A stretch of 64,000 bases of DNA, taken from contig JAUPSS010000006.1 of the NCBI GenBank assembly GCA_040285825.1, positions 310,001 to 374,000 of the forward strand, written 5' to 3'. How positions within the stretch are numbered: position 1 is the stretch's first letter; each line of letters opens with the position of its first letter. Below are positions 49,690-61,926 of this stretch, piece by piece. A model generated the notes under the pieces. It was given only the letters and a program-made list of their open reading frames with translations. It was not told where the DNA came from and did not search any database. The position numbers were made by a program, and so were the translations under genes. The stretch is from Eukaryota sp. TZLM1-RC. Lineage: Eukaryota; Protista; Metamonada: BaSk clade.

Positions 49690-51345
49690 TTTTTTGTCAA
49701 TCCGATCGATCGGAAATTTGAAACTGAAAAACTGTAAACATTACAGATATCCTTTCAAGATATCCTCTGAAACCGTGCCAACCCAACTCTCTTCATTTTT
49801 GGTTTAGTTCTTGGACTTTATCTGCTTTTCTTACATCACCTCCAATTACCTTGTTCTGCGATTGGTGTCTGTCGTTCTACACCATCTCCCTATGTGAATG
49901 ATGCTGTGAAAACTTCAGTCATTTCTCTTTTCTTTTGATCTACTGACATTACTCTAAGTCGTCTCATTTTTGTGATCTTATGAATTGTCCTTTCTTTCAC
50001 TCCAATCACTCCTCTCCGTCTCTATATTCTCAACTCTCCTTTCAGCAAGTGTACATGGTATCTTTTATTTTGCATTCTGTGGATGTTACTTCATTAAACT
50101 TTATCCATCCATGTCAAGGGGTCAATACATGGAAAGTTGGATTGGTGAATTTTTGAGAGTTCATGGGACTCGAACCCCGAACCTGGGCGAATTCAATTAT
50201 TTTGTTTTAACTTTTTAATTTCTTAAATTAAAGTTGGTTTTTTGGTCATGGTCAGCTGTCCTTTTTCTTTTTTTGCTGATATAACAATTTTCTACTTGTA
50301 ATTTTTTATGTTTAATGGACCATTTTCGTTTTCAAATTTATTTTGGAAATTATGTAAACTCAATCATTAAACAACCCATATTTCAACCATGAATCTAAAA
50401 TAAATCATTGATTAATGTACATGACTCAACGTTGGTTTTCACTATTGTTAAAACTCTAGGTTTAGTTAATTTTAATGGTGATGATGTAAGTAGATGTGCT
50501 ATTATTGAGATTTTTACACTTGCTGATTCTCATGTTGATTTCGGTCATGTAGTTGTTGGTTGCGAATTCAACCTATTGTTACCACTGATGTCAACATTAG
50601 AACAACTCGAGTTTATGCTTCAGCTAATCATTATTTTTCAACTAATTCAATGTTTGGTACGATTGATGTTGAATTTGAAAATGTTGAAAGTTTTTGATTT
50701 AAGAATTAAAATTCATGTCAAAAACTGCAAATTTTGACTAAATTATATCACTACTGATAAAGATTGCTGTCACCAGATTGCTGATTATACTATTGATTTA
50801 GTGAGTGCTTTTGATATCTATGGTCATTTTATACTCTTAAATTAATTACTCTTATAATGAATTTAATTATGATTAATGATGTGTTTCTGAAGTATCATTT
50901 CCATTTAAATTCAATGGTGAAATATGGTAAATTGATTTAAATTTTGTTTATCATGGGGTTTACTTCTTTGAAATTTTGATTTTAACATTGTGTTTTTTCG
51001 CTGATTTTTGTTGACTATTATTTTATTGGAATCTCTACCAAATATTGAGAGTAATTCTCCTTATTTTGAGTCTCTATTTATAAATACATAAACAACCGAG
51101 TAATCATCAATCATTCAGTTTTTAACTGTTTGAGGTTGGTTACGGTCATGAAAGATCTGATTACATGTGTCTGTATAGTCTACATGTTTTTGGATATTTG
51201 TAGGTTTAATACTTACAGCAAATTCAGTTATGAATTAATTTGAGGGTTTCTTTTTTTACCTCAACATGATTAATTCATTTTTTTCTATTATTTATTTTTA
51301 CATGTAAGATAGGTTTAATTATGAGATGACTAAAGCAGAATCGAT
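49690..51345. repeat. Long family member including core repeat copy 6 (51028-51280) and B-box (50166-50176)
   Basis: Inverted paralogue of 33170-34690 and 59757-60690. Confidence 0.85.
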
Positions 51346-52169
51346 CTTTTGAATTTCTTCCTTTACTGTCATATTCCCTTTTCTAGAGATTGTCAATTTT
51401 CTCAAAAAAAAATATTCTTCCATTTTATTTTCACAAAACTTCAGCACTTCTAAACTTCTGCTTGTTCAGCAGCTGGAAAGTTTATTTGAGGGTTAAAACA
51501 AGGTTTAACATAAAAAAAGATACTTTTTCAAGAAATTGCTGCTCACAGATGTATTTTCGTACATATCTTGCTCGTACATGCTTCTTGAATCCAAATCATT
51601 CTGATTGTCCTTCTTAATCAAAGTTTGGATAAAAAGATAAAATATTCAAGTCAGATTGAAAGATTGTTGCCGCAGACTCAATCAAAGTTTGGTTATCTTC
51701 TTTTTCCTCGGAACAACAGGCACATTAAACCTCAATGACCTACAGGAAATCTTTGAAGGAGATTCAAGATAAACTTACATGCATTTAATAAAAAGAATCT
51801 TTCTCTTGAATTATTCAGATTGAAATGGATGTAGTATTCGAGAACAGAATCAACAACTACTTCTTCGGGCTGGGCTAATAATTCATCTGGCAAAAGAGAG
51901 AGAGGATAATTGGCACATACATTCGTTTTATCTAGAGCTCTACAATGAACACGAATAAAAAAATTTTTGTCCAGGATTGACAATTTTTAGGTAGACTTGT
52001 CTTCACGTTAGACGCTAATTGACGAGCCCGACAAGCAAGGTAAAGAGAAAGCCCTTTTCTATTGATAAAAATACGTTTCTGAGACTGCAGCCAAGCATTG
52101 AGAAAAAGATTGAATGAATTTCTATAAGGCACTAAAGAATTTTCCCATGAAGAAACAAGAGACCTGTCT

Positions 52170-52247
52170 TGTTGATGCCGAAAAGTGGGGTTAAGATAAA
52201 GATGATTTATTTTCTATTCATATTATAAAAGCCTAAGGGCGCCAACA
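52170..52247 (-). mobile_element. 78-bp LTR candidate
   Basis: Follows PPT AAAAAAGGGGAGAAGCAG; termini TGTTG...CAACA; internal AATAAA. Confidence 0.65.
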
Positions 52248-52322
52248 CTGCTTCTCCCCTTTTTCAAAATCAATCGGCTTTATAACGAATATTCAACTTA
52301 CATCAATAACTAATAAACTAAA

Positions 52323-53177
52323 CTAATTCTTCTGATTTCTATTACTACGTCTAGGCCGTTTAGGGGCGCTAGACTCGGTGGAAGGATCTCTTCTATTAGA
52401 AGTATGTTTGCCAACTTTTCTAATTCTCTTGTCTTTACTGAATAACTTATAAGCTTCTGAATGTTTTACTGAATTGAGAGGCTCTTCAGTTGTCTCACTG
52501 CCAAACCATTGAACAGTACAGAAACTACCTGAGTCAGAACTATACTCTGAGAGGATTTTCTCTATAACATGTTTTTCAGCATCGCCTGCTGCGACTGCCT
52601 TAAGGAATTCAAAATCCTGAGGATTCTCGGCGTTATAGACTTTACAATCTTTCTTAGCAGCCTTTAATTCGGAGCCAGTGGTAAGATTCTTTAATATTAA
52701 AGTAGAGTTGGAAGGATGATCTATTATTAAAAATGGTCCGTTCCAAGATCCATGTAATTTATTATTTTGTTTGGTTTTCCGAAGGACATAGTCACCAATA
52801 TTAAATACTATAAAACGCGAATTAGTATTATCTACTGAAATCGGAGTATTAAATGTTTGGTGACGCTCTGCTTCTTCCCTTTTTTCTTGTAGACGAATAT
52901 TTTTCAATTTAGTGCCATCTAATAAAGGAATATTGGAATCGAATTTTGATAAGTTTCCTACTATATTAGCAGGGTCTGATCTTGGACTAATCGAAGAACC
53001 GAACATGAGTTCGTATGGGGTAAAACCTGTTTTTCTGCTTTTAGTAGAATTTATTAATAGTTGGGATATGGGTACATAAGTAGACCAATTTCCATAATCA
53101 TTACAATCAATTAATAATTTCCTCAAGCATTGAAGAACGTCTCTAAGTTTACGTTCTACAAGTCCATTACTTTCAGA
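52323..53177 (-). mobile_element. Ty3/Gypsy integrase C-terminal half with GPY/F motif and chromo-like tail
   Basis: SESNGLVERK, TGFTPYELMFG, FNIGDYVL, WNGPFLI, VIEKIL..VQWFG. Confidence 0.9.
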
Positions 53178-54036
53178 GTAGTTGATGATCTTGGCTGCTG
53201 TGTGTTAGAATTCATACAGTATAGAGTAACAGAAGTGTAATTTATTACGAAGAGGAATTGTATTCTCTCTTCTTAAACTAATAGGCGGAATACTAATAAA
53301 CTATATAATAAAACTATAAATACTATTCAAGACTAACACTGCCTTTTTCTCTCTTTCGAGCGACGAGCCCTGGAAGCTCGAGTCACAGGAGGTGAACTAA
53401 TAGAATTGGTACGCTTCTTGGGAGGAGCGGATTTAGTACGGCAACGTGCTTTTGAAGTCTTGATAAAGTCTTTATACGCGGCAGTATTTTGGACTGTGGA
53501 CACGTGTTCAGTGGTGATCTCTTTTCCAGGCCATTGCACTTGGCAAAAGTCACCGTCCTGACTGAGCACCTTTTCTATAATGTGTTCTTCGACATCACCT
53601 GCAGCAACCCATGAGTGGAACTCATCGTAGGCAGGGAGGCTGGAGTGCCAGAGTGCTAAATGTTTGACGCTAGCTTGGACGATCGTACCGGTGCAGAGAT
53701 TCTTAATATTCACGGACGAATTGGATACGATTTTAGTAATTAGGAAAGGTCCTAAATAATCTCCATGTAGCTTAGTGGAGGAACTAGAAGCTCTCAATAC
53801 CAATTGACCAACTTCAAAAGGATTTGGAGTTGCAGATCTGGTTAGCTTGGAAGCTTTTGAAGCTTGATGGTGTGCTGCCTTTTCCTGTTTTTCTTTCAAC
53901 CTTCGAAATTTAGATTGAATTTCTTGTATAAAAGATGACTCAGACGTCGAGCTTTCAATGATTTCAAGAATTTTACCAGGGTCTGATCTAGGAGACACAT
54001 CTGAGCCAAAGATCACTTGGTATGGAGTGTGGTTTG
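53178..54036 (-). mobile_element. Ty3/Gypsy integrase C-terminus, PPT and ~160-bp LTR (53178-53338); continuation of the pol at 56382-58850
   Basis: NHTPYQVIFG..FEVGQLVL..YLGPFLI..IEKVL..VQWPG; AAAGAGAGAAAAAGGCAG then TGTTAG. Confidence 0.9.
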
Positions 54037-54561
54037 AATTGACAATATTACTGCCGCTTACAGAAGCAGCAGTTTCATCAGCCACTTTCTTCTCTGGACT
54101 GAGGAAATCAAATTCTGGAAACCAAAATTTTAAAAAATGATGGTTTTTACAAAAAGAATGTGTTTCCTCATATTCAACTGTTTTGACATATACTTTGGCA
54201 CTAAAATTAATTTTTTGTGTTCTTGCTAAATGTGAACTCAATTGAAGAACTATTTCACAAGAACTGTTCTGATCCATTAGTTTTTTCACTTCTGCCATCA
54301 GTATTTGCTTCCTTTTGTGATATTTGCTGGTCGTTTTTTTTGGAATCGTAATTTCTGTCTTAGGAGTTCAGTTCTGATGTGGAAAAGTTCTGAGAGGATA
54401 GGCTGGTATCAGTACCAGAACGGAGGCGGAGCATGTGTATTTATGTGGATACGAGGAGAGAAACCACTGATGCTTTGTCTGTGAAGGACGTGAAGTATGG
54501 GAAGAGGAGTTGAGGTAAAGCAAGGGTAAGTTAGTACAACTCAATAATCAACATTATTTTG

Positions 54562-55130
54562 CCACTCTATTATCAAGGCCAGTGCCTTGATACCTTAAAG
54601 CGTTGAGAGCTTCAGGTGTTACGCATTCAGCTAAGCCTCTAGGACTAATGCGCATGGCAGATCTGAAGAGATCCCATTCATGAATTGGTTCACTGAACCG
54701 TTGATCAGATGCCAGTTCTGCTGATCTAGCTAGTTCAAGTTCTTCGCGAAGTCTAGCAACTTCGCTGGCCAAAGCAACTTGGGCAGGATCCTCAATGTTG
54801 CCACGAGCCTCGTCTACAATTCTATCCGTACGACTCCAGAGGATAAACTTGTTAACAAACTTGAGGAGTTTATCAACGTCTCTTAAATCAGTCGCGTCGA
54901 GAGTTGGACGTTTGGGGCGGTCTCTGCGTCTATTGTCCCTATCTCTTGATCCCACCATGGAAGATAGGAGAAGGTTACTATCGTAAGTACCTGAGAAAGT
55001 AGAACGTGAAGAACTAACCGTGGAAGGTGTTGGTTGAGCCGCATGTTGTGAACTTGTTGAACCAGTGGAAGGAGGTGTGGGTGGAACCACTGACTTGCTC
55101 GCAGCAGCTTTTCTTTTAGGTAAATATTCC
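54562..55130 (-). mobile_element. gag-like N-terminal fragment
   Basis: RPTLDATDL..LKFVNKF..HEWDLFRS, similar to 41680-42018. Confidence 0.5.
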
Positions 55131-56381
55131 TTGATGGGCCCAGGAGACAGACCCTCAAATCTGCGTCTTCTTCTGCGTTGTTAAGGTTTACGAGTGGGAG
55201 CAGGTTTACGAGTGGGAGCAGGAGGAGCAGGAGGAGCAGGATCAACATCGTAAATTTCTGAAGATTCAGGATGATTGAGAATTTCAAAATTATTGGAGGC
55301 ATTGGCATTTACCTCATGAACATCTGGCAGGTCACCTATAGGATTGTCAGCACCAAAAAAAATATCAGGATTATGAATTTGAGCAGCAGAATTGGGAAAA
55401 ATATTTGCACGGTTATTACCAAAAGCAAAACTACCAGCATCGGATAAGCCAGGGGCAGCGGCATTGGGATAAAAACAGGGAGCAGCACGGACATCGGATA
55501 TTGGATTCTGGTGCCAAACCAAATATTTGGAGTCATCTATGATGTTCTCCAATATTGGCTTATTGGTTGCTGGATTAATAAAAGAAATATTTGTATGTTC
55601 ATATTGTTTCAACAGGTTGCTATTTGAAGTTAATAAGCGAACCTTGATGCCTTCTTTTTCAGCATATTCGAGAACAGATTTCTCGAGCCTACGTCTGTAT
55701 GTGTTGGAGTAATTGGCTTTGGGTTTACGTAAGTGTCGCGTAGATTCCCAATCTGCTGTTTTTATAATGGGAAGGGAGTCATGGGGAATGACCCAAGAAG
55801 ACTGATTCAAAACCTGAATTGTAGTGGTACCGGAGAGTGTCCCTTGGTGAGTCAAGTTTTTCATTGTGATCATTGTTTGAACCCTGTCGTTCCTAAATGA
55901 CCACAATAAAATTCCACTTTCCGATGCTTTTACTATTAAAAAAGCATCATCTAAAATGATAAATGATGTACTAGTCGATTTTCTTTCAATATTAAAACAA
56001 TCTGTTTCTTTCTTTTTTTGTACATATTTTATTTAGGATTAAATTTCGTAATACTTTCCTTGTTATAAATAAAAAATAAAATCATTTTTACTATTTTTAT
56101 TGTTATAAATAAATAGATTACTTAATTAAAATATCTATATCTTTAAATACGTCACAAAATTCTTTAAAGGTATTTGACTTTTTATCTTATTAGAAGCTCT
56201 TATAATAAGATAAAAAAGAGTTGCATGCAGTCTTTATGTACTAGATGTGATCAACTTGTGATCAAATTTTGTGTGAAATTTTGTGTGAATAATGTTGGCT
56301 ATGTGTTACTTGGTCAATACATACTCATGATTACATTTTCAATTGATTTTGTATATATTTGAATTAATAGTGTTTATTAAT

Positions 56382-58850
56382 TGTGGTTTGTTATCGAACT
56401 CTTGGAAGAGTTGATTAATAATTGCACATAAGGCAAATATTCAGACCACACATCGTAGGCGTTGAAGTCTACGAGCAATTTCCGTAGGTTTTGCAGAATG
56501 TCTCTGTGTCGGCGCTCTACCAGGCCGTTGGACTGAGAAAACCTAGGTATTGACTTTGACACCTCTATGCCCAAAAATTTGCTTAGTTCGTCAAAGACAG
56601 CCTTGGAAAATTCGGGTCCATTATCGCTGTGGATTTGAAATGGAATACCAAAGATGGCACAGACTTTCCAAATTAATGCATCTGCAGTAAGATTGGCATT
56701 TATCTCTTTTAAAGGCACGATGATCGTGAACCTAGAAAAGCTGTCAATAAATACAAGGATGTATTTGTAGCCTTCTTGATCTTCAGGAACAGGACCAATA
56801 ACGTCGGCGTTGACGCGAGCAAAGGGTCTGTCAGCCCACAATGAACCGGTTGGGGGAACATGCAGTTTGGGAACTGGCTTTGTTTTCTGACAGGAGGGGC
56901 ATTCTTGGACGTGCTTATTCATGTCAGTGAGCATGTTTGGCCACCAATTATCGCTATTCCTGAGCTTGTTCAGGCTTTCAGCTTTGCTTGGATGGCCTCC
57001 TTGCAGAAGTCCGTGCAACAAGTTAAGAGTGTCCTTAATGAGTGATTTGCGAATCACTATCTTTTTGTCGTGAGTCATGTATAAATCAAGATGATTGTTA
57101 TGAACACTGTTGTTGAAAGAGGGGTCTTTGGAAGCTTTGGCAAGCTTCTGTTCCGACCTAATCCTACAGAACGATGGCTCAAAAATAGGGAGGTCGTTGG
57201 AACATCGTTCTTTGTTGACCATGATACGCTCGAAGTTGTTTAAATCTTCTATGTAGTATCTTTCGTTTTCTGTTCCATCTATTTTATCGATATAAAATAT
57301 TGGATGAAAATTTGGAGACATTTGATGGGACAAATGATTGATCTCTTGATGGTCTATAGGCGGAACTATTCGAGACAACATATCAGCCCAGAAGTTATCT
57401 TCCCCTTTGGTGTGTACCAATTCAAAGCAGAATTCAGAGAAAATGGGTAACCATCTGGTTACAATTCTGTTCTTGTCTGGAGCTGTGAACATGTAGGTAA
57501 GGTTTTGATGGTCTGTGAATATGACCAGTTTCCTTCCTTTCAAGTAGTTTTCGAAACCACTTTGTGTCAACATCAGTAAGATGGCATAGAGTTCCTTTTG
57601 GTTTGTCGGCCAGTTCTTTTGCGAGTTGGTTAACAAGCGGCTAAAGAAGCTGATAGGCCTACATTTTCTGTTGATCAGGGGAGTACCGGGGTCGTCGACT
57701 TGTTCGATTTGTTCCCATATCACGCCGCCTACAGCAATGTCGGATGCGTCGCAACTTATTAAAATTTGATTTTCCAGTGGAGGTAAGTTGAACGGCATGT
57801 GCTGAGCTATCAGTTGTTTGATCTATTGAAGGAGTCCGTCATGCATGTTGGTCCATTGTAGGCGTTGCGCGCGGGGTTTGGGTTTAATGTTGGCGTTGTT
57901 CCCAACCTTCTTAGTCAATCTGATGATAGGAGCAATGAGCTCAGATACCTGAGGAAGCCATTCTCTAATGAAGTTGACTGATCCTACGAGGCTGCGGACG
58001 TCTTTGATTGTCTTTGGTCTAGGAAGATTCAACAAAGATTCAACACGAGTGGGATCGATGGTCCGTTGTTTGTTTTGGAAAACACTGCCCAGTATCTTGA
58101 TGGGGTGTCTGGAAGACACGAAATGGCACTTTGGAAGTCCCAAGGAAACTCTTTTGCATCTGGCTTGATCAAGGACGCGGCGGAAGCGCTCGATGAATTC
58201 GTCAAAGGTTGAACCTATGATTATGAAGTCATCTATATAGATGAATACACCCTCTCCAGAGAAGATGTCAGCCATGACGTTTTGGAAAACGGCTGGGACA
58301 TTTTTGAGGCCAAACGCTGCACGTTTAAACATGATGCTTTTACCAAGAATGCTCAGGGCTGTTTTGTGCCAGTCCTTTTCAGCAATTTTGAGTTGCCAAA
58401 AGGCTTGGGGGGGGGGGGGTCGAGGGTGCCTATGTAGTTTGCTTGGGAGAGAAATACTAGCACATCGGAGATCCTTGGAAGGTTGGGCTCAACAGGAATG
58501 GTGTTGGCGTTGACTCCGTCCTTGCCACTATAATCACCAGTAAGGCGGGGCTTACAGTGATCTGGGTAGACCACTAGACAGACAGGGGAGCTGAACTCGT
58601 GGTTCGATGGAACAGCAAATCCAGAGTCTACGAGTTCGTCGAAAATTTGGTTAGCGACCTCTAGCCTGGCTGGATTCAGGGTCCTGGGGGGTTTTCTAAC
58701 TCTGACGTCTTCATTGTAGAAGTTGATTTCCATGGGATTGGTGGGCAAACCAATCTTTCGCCTACTAATGCACAAGGAGAAGTCGGGAGCCATTGGTATC
58801 TCACATGCCATGTCCGGATTACTCCAATACTTTGCAAAACCCACCAGGTT
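56382..58850 (-). mobile_element. Ty3/Gypsy pol (RT-RNase H-integrase), frameshift at G-run ~58406-58418 and one in-frame stop at 57823
   Basis: SPVCLV..PRLTGDY; FGLKNVPAVFQ; YIDD; CDASDIAVG; KELYAI; FTDHQNL; HHCC-type H..GH..CPSCQ; DVIGP / SDNGPEF / NGLVER. RT-RH-IN order. Confidence 0.95.
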
Positions 58851-59756
58851 TCTGGTTAGTGCTTTCAATAGCCTATTGTAATGTAAACGGTATTGGTGGT
58901 CCATGAGAATGGGGATATACGTCAAGATGCAATTTCACCTATATTACTCTAATGATCTTAATGCTTTTTCCATGTTAATCCTTCCTGACGTTCTCTTGCT
59001 GAACAATGTTAGTCTTTCATCCAGCAGCTGATCTACACCCATATTTCAAAAGAAGGAAATGAACCATTGTATTTGATTGTATGTTGTGTTGTACATGGAT
59101 ACATAAATCAGTATTGGTATTTATTTTTGTTTCAACATTTTGTCAACACTAGTCAACAATTGGCAATGTTCCAATTATCGGGGTTAATGCTCAGATTTAG
59201 CAAGACATTGTATTTGGATATAATTGTATACTATGACATGACTACTGCAATTGTGTTTCTTGTATCTGAAGAACAAATGCAACATTTTATAGATTTACAT
59301 GGTATTTATAGTTTTGTATATTTGATAAATAAACAAGGTTGTAATAGTCTTTATTATTGAAGAGTATTAAAAAACCAAGTATTAGCCTAGAAATAGGCTA
59401 TTCATATCCTTACAGGTGATAGGCCCATATAAATAGGCCCAGATAGATGTTTGTTTAATAAATTTTTAAAGTTTTACACCTCAAGTTTTACACTTCAAAG
59501 AATAAATAACAATAATTGTATGATGATAGTATTATAAAGGTTTAAAATATTTACGTTAACGTTTTTAATGGTATGAAGAGAAAAAATAGCAGCTGAATTC
59601 AAAAATATCAGTAGTTTGTCAATTATTTGGTTGTGAGGATGATAGAAGTTTTGTTAATGGTTAATTCTAACGGTTCATTTGTTGATATTTATATAACATC
59701 CGAAATCTACACATTTTTTTGTTGAAAACTTTTATTATATTTTAATTAAAAAAACA

Positions 59757-60690
59757 CCTGCTTTAGTCATGTCAATACATAATAAAAATTATATAAAATG
59801 AAGAAATACAAAATAAAGAAAATAAAAATGAATAAATCATCTTGAGGTAAAAAAAGAAACCCTCAAATTAATTCATAAATGAAGTTGTTGTAAGTATTAA
59901 ACCTACAAAGGTCCAAAAACATGTAGACTATACAGACACATGTAATCAGATCTTTCTTGACCGTAATCAAGCTCAAACAGTTAAAAACTGAATGATTGAT
60001 GACTATTCAGTCGTTTTTGTTTTTACTGAGTGATTCAAAATAAAGAGAATTACTCTCAATATTTGGAAGAGACTCCAATAAATTAGTAGTAAACAAAAAT
60101 CAGCGAAAAAAAAACAAAATTAAAATCAAAAACTTAAAGAAATAAACCTTATGATACTTATCATTTAAACAAATTTACCAAATGTCATAATTGAATTTAA
60201 TTTAAACTGATATTTCAGAAACATAGCAATAATCATAGTCAAATTAATTTTGGTTTGTAAAAAATATACATAAAAAACTACAAGTAAAAAATTGAAATAA
60301 CAGCAAAAAAAGAAAAGGGACAGATGATTAAGACCAATAAAGCAACTTTATTTTAAGAATTTAAAGAGTTTAAACAGAATAACTGAATTCGCCTAGGTTC
60401 CGGGTTCGAGTCTCATGAACTCTCAAAAATTAACCAACCCAACTTTCCATGTATTGACCCCTTGACATGGATGCATAAAGTTTAATGAAGTAACATCCAT
60501 GGAATGCAAAATAAAAGATATCATGTACACCAACTGGAAGGAAAGTTGAGAATATAGAGACGGAGAGGAGTGATTGGAGTGAAAGAAAGGATATTACTTG
60601 AGATCAGAAAGCATGGGAGACTTGAGGTAATGTCAGTAGTTCAAAAGAAGAGAGATGGCTGAAGTTTTCACAGCATCATTCACATAGGAA
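59757..60690. repeat. Long family member with core repeat copy 7 (59825-60076) and B-box-like motif (60403-60413)
   Basis: Paralogue of 33170-34510. Confidence 0.85.
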
Positions 60691-61926
60691 TGTTAACTGT
60701 GAACGTCAACTGACCATGACCAATAAAGCAAATTAAAAATTAACTACTTTAGGCAAAATGACTGAGTTTGCCTAAATAATCAATAAATAAAAAACAAAAA
60801 TTAAATAAATAACTAAAGAATCTAATCAGCATGTAAAATTAATGCAATATGTGTTTGCCATTTCAATGACACATCAACACAATCAAAATCATCCATCGGG
60901 TTCGAGTGCCACTATGCTACTGTCAATTCATGTCAAAATTTTGCAGATGAGAGCAGACCAGAATAATTCATTGAAGAGGTGGTGAGTTCAACGGAGATTC
61001 ACATCACTAGGAAGAGATGCGGTGAAGATGGTGAGCACAGATAGAAATTGTCATCAAAAGTTCAGTAAGAGATCTGGTATTTATGGAGATTGGGGGTGAA
61101 GGACGGTGATGCAAGCAAGTAAAAAGAGCCAAAACTAACCATAAGAGAGTTGGGTTGGCAAGGTTTCAGGGGATATCTGGAAAGGATATCTGTAATGTTT
61201 ACAGTTTTTCTGTTTCCAATTTCCGATCGATCGGATTGACAAAAGGAATTAAATTTCTTCCAATAGAGAACCAGCAACTAAACGAGATGCCGTTAACACT
61301 TGAGGTAACTTGAAACGTCCCAAGATAACACTATTAAATAAGAATGCTAAATCATCAGCGATTTCTGGGCATATGTTGACGGCCGATTTCAAATGATCAT
61401 AATTAAGTCCAAAAGGCCCAGCTGAACGACCAGACGGAAGTCCTTTAATAGCTACACTAACTTCATCAGAAATAATAGGATTAGCAGTGAAGAAATCACG
61501 TGCAGCATCAGAACCAATGTGGATACAGGTTCAGAGACTGCTTCTTGGATTGGATAACATTAGCCTTCTTAAGAGGGGGAGTTGAAGTCGTTTTGGTAGC
61601 TTTAGGAGGCATGAAAAAAATTGGTTTTCTCAAATCACATGTTCCTATTAACGAGATGTTTAAGCACATGCCTCATATTGTTATAGATCTTGTAAGGAAT
61701 TGGCAAAGTCAACGTTGCCTCCTTCAATTAAAAGGGTTCACTTCAGTAATTGTTAGTTGTAGTATTTCTTTTATTCCAGAAATCTACAAATGATCTCTTC
61801 GGTTTTAACAGATTAATGGAGTTACAACCAATTTGGCCTGCTGGTCATGTAAAAAAGTCAGACATTCACAAAGATTTCCAATTCAAAAAAATTGGTCTTC
61901 TCCTCAGAATGAAATATTAATTTCAA

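Noticed and set aside
58406-58418. Programmed frameshift at the G-run in pol
   Set aside because: It falls inside the RT core; long G/C runs elsewhere (74-86, ~37471, ~62916, ~63106) vary between copies, pointing to slippage or sequencing error.
3262-60076. CRISPR-like array formed by the core repeat
   Set aside because: Copies are ~230 bp, irregularly spaced by kilobases and in both orientations; no cas genes; the DNA is eukaryotic.
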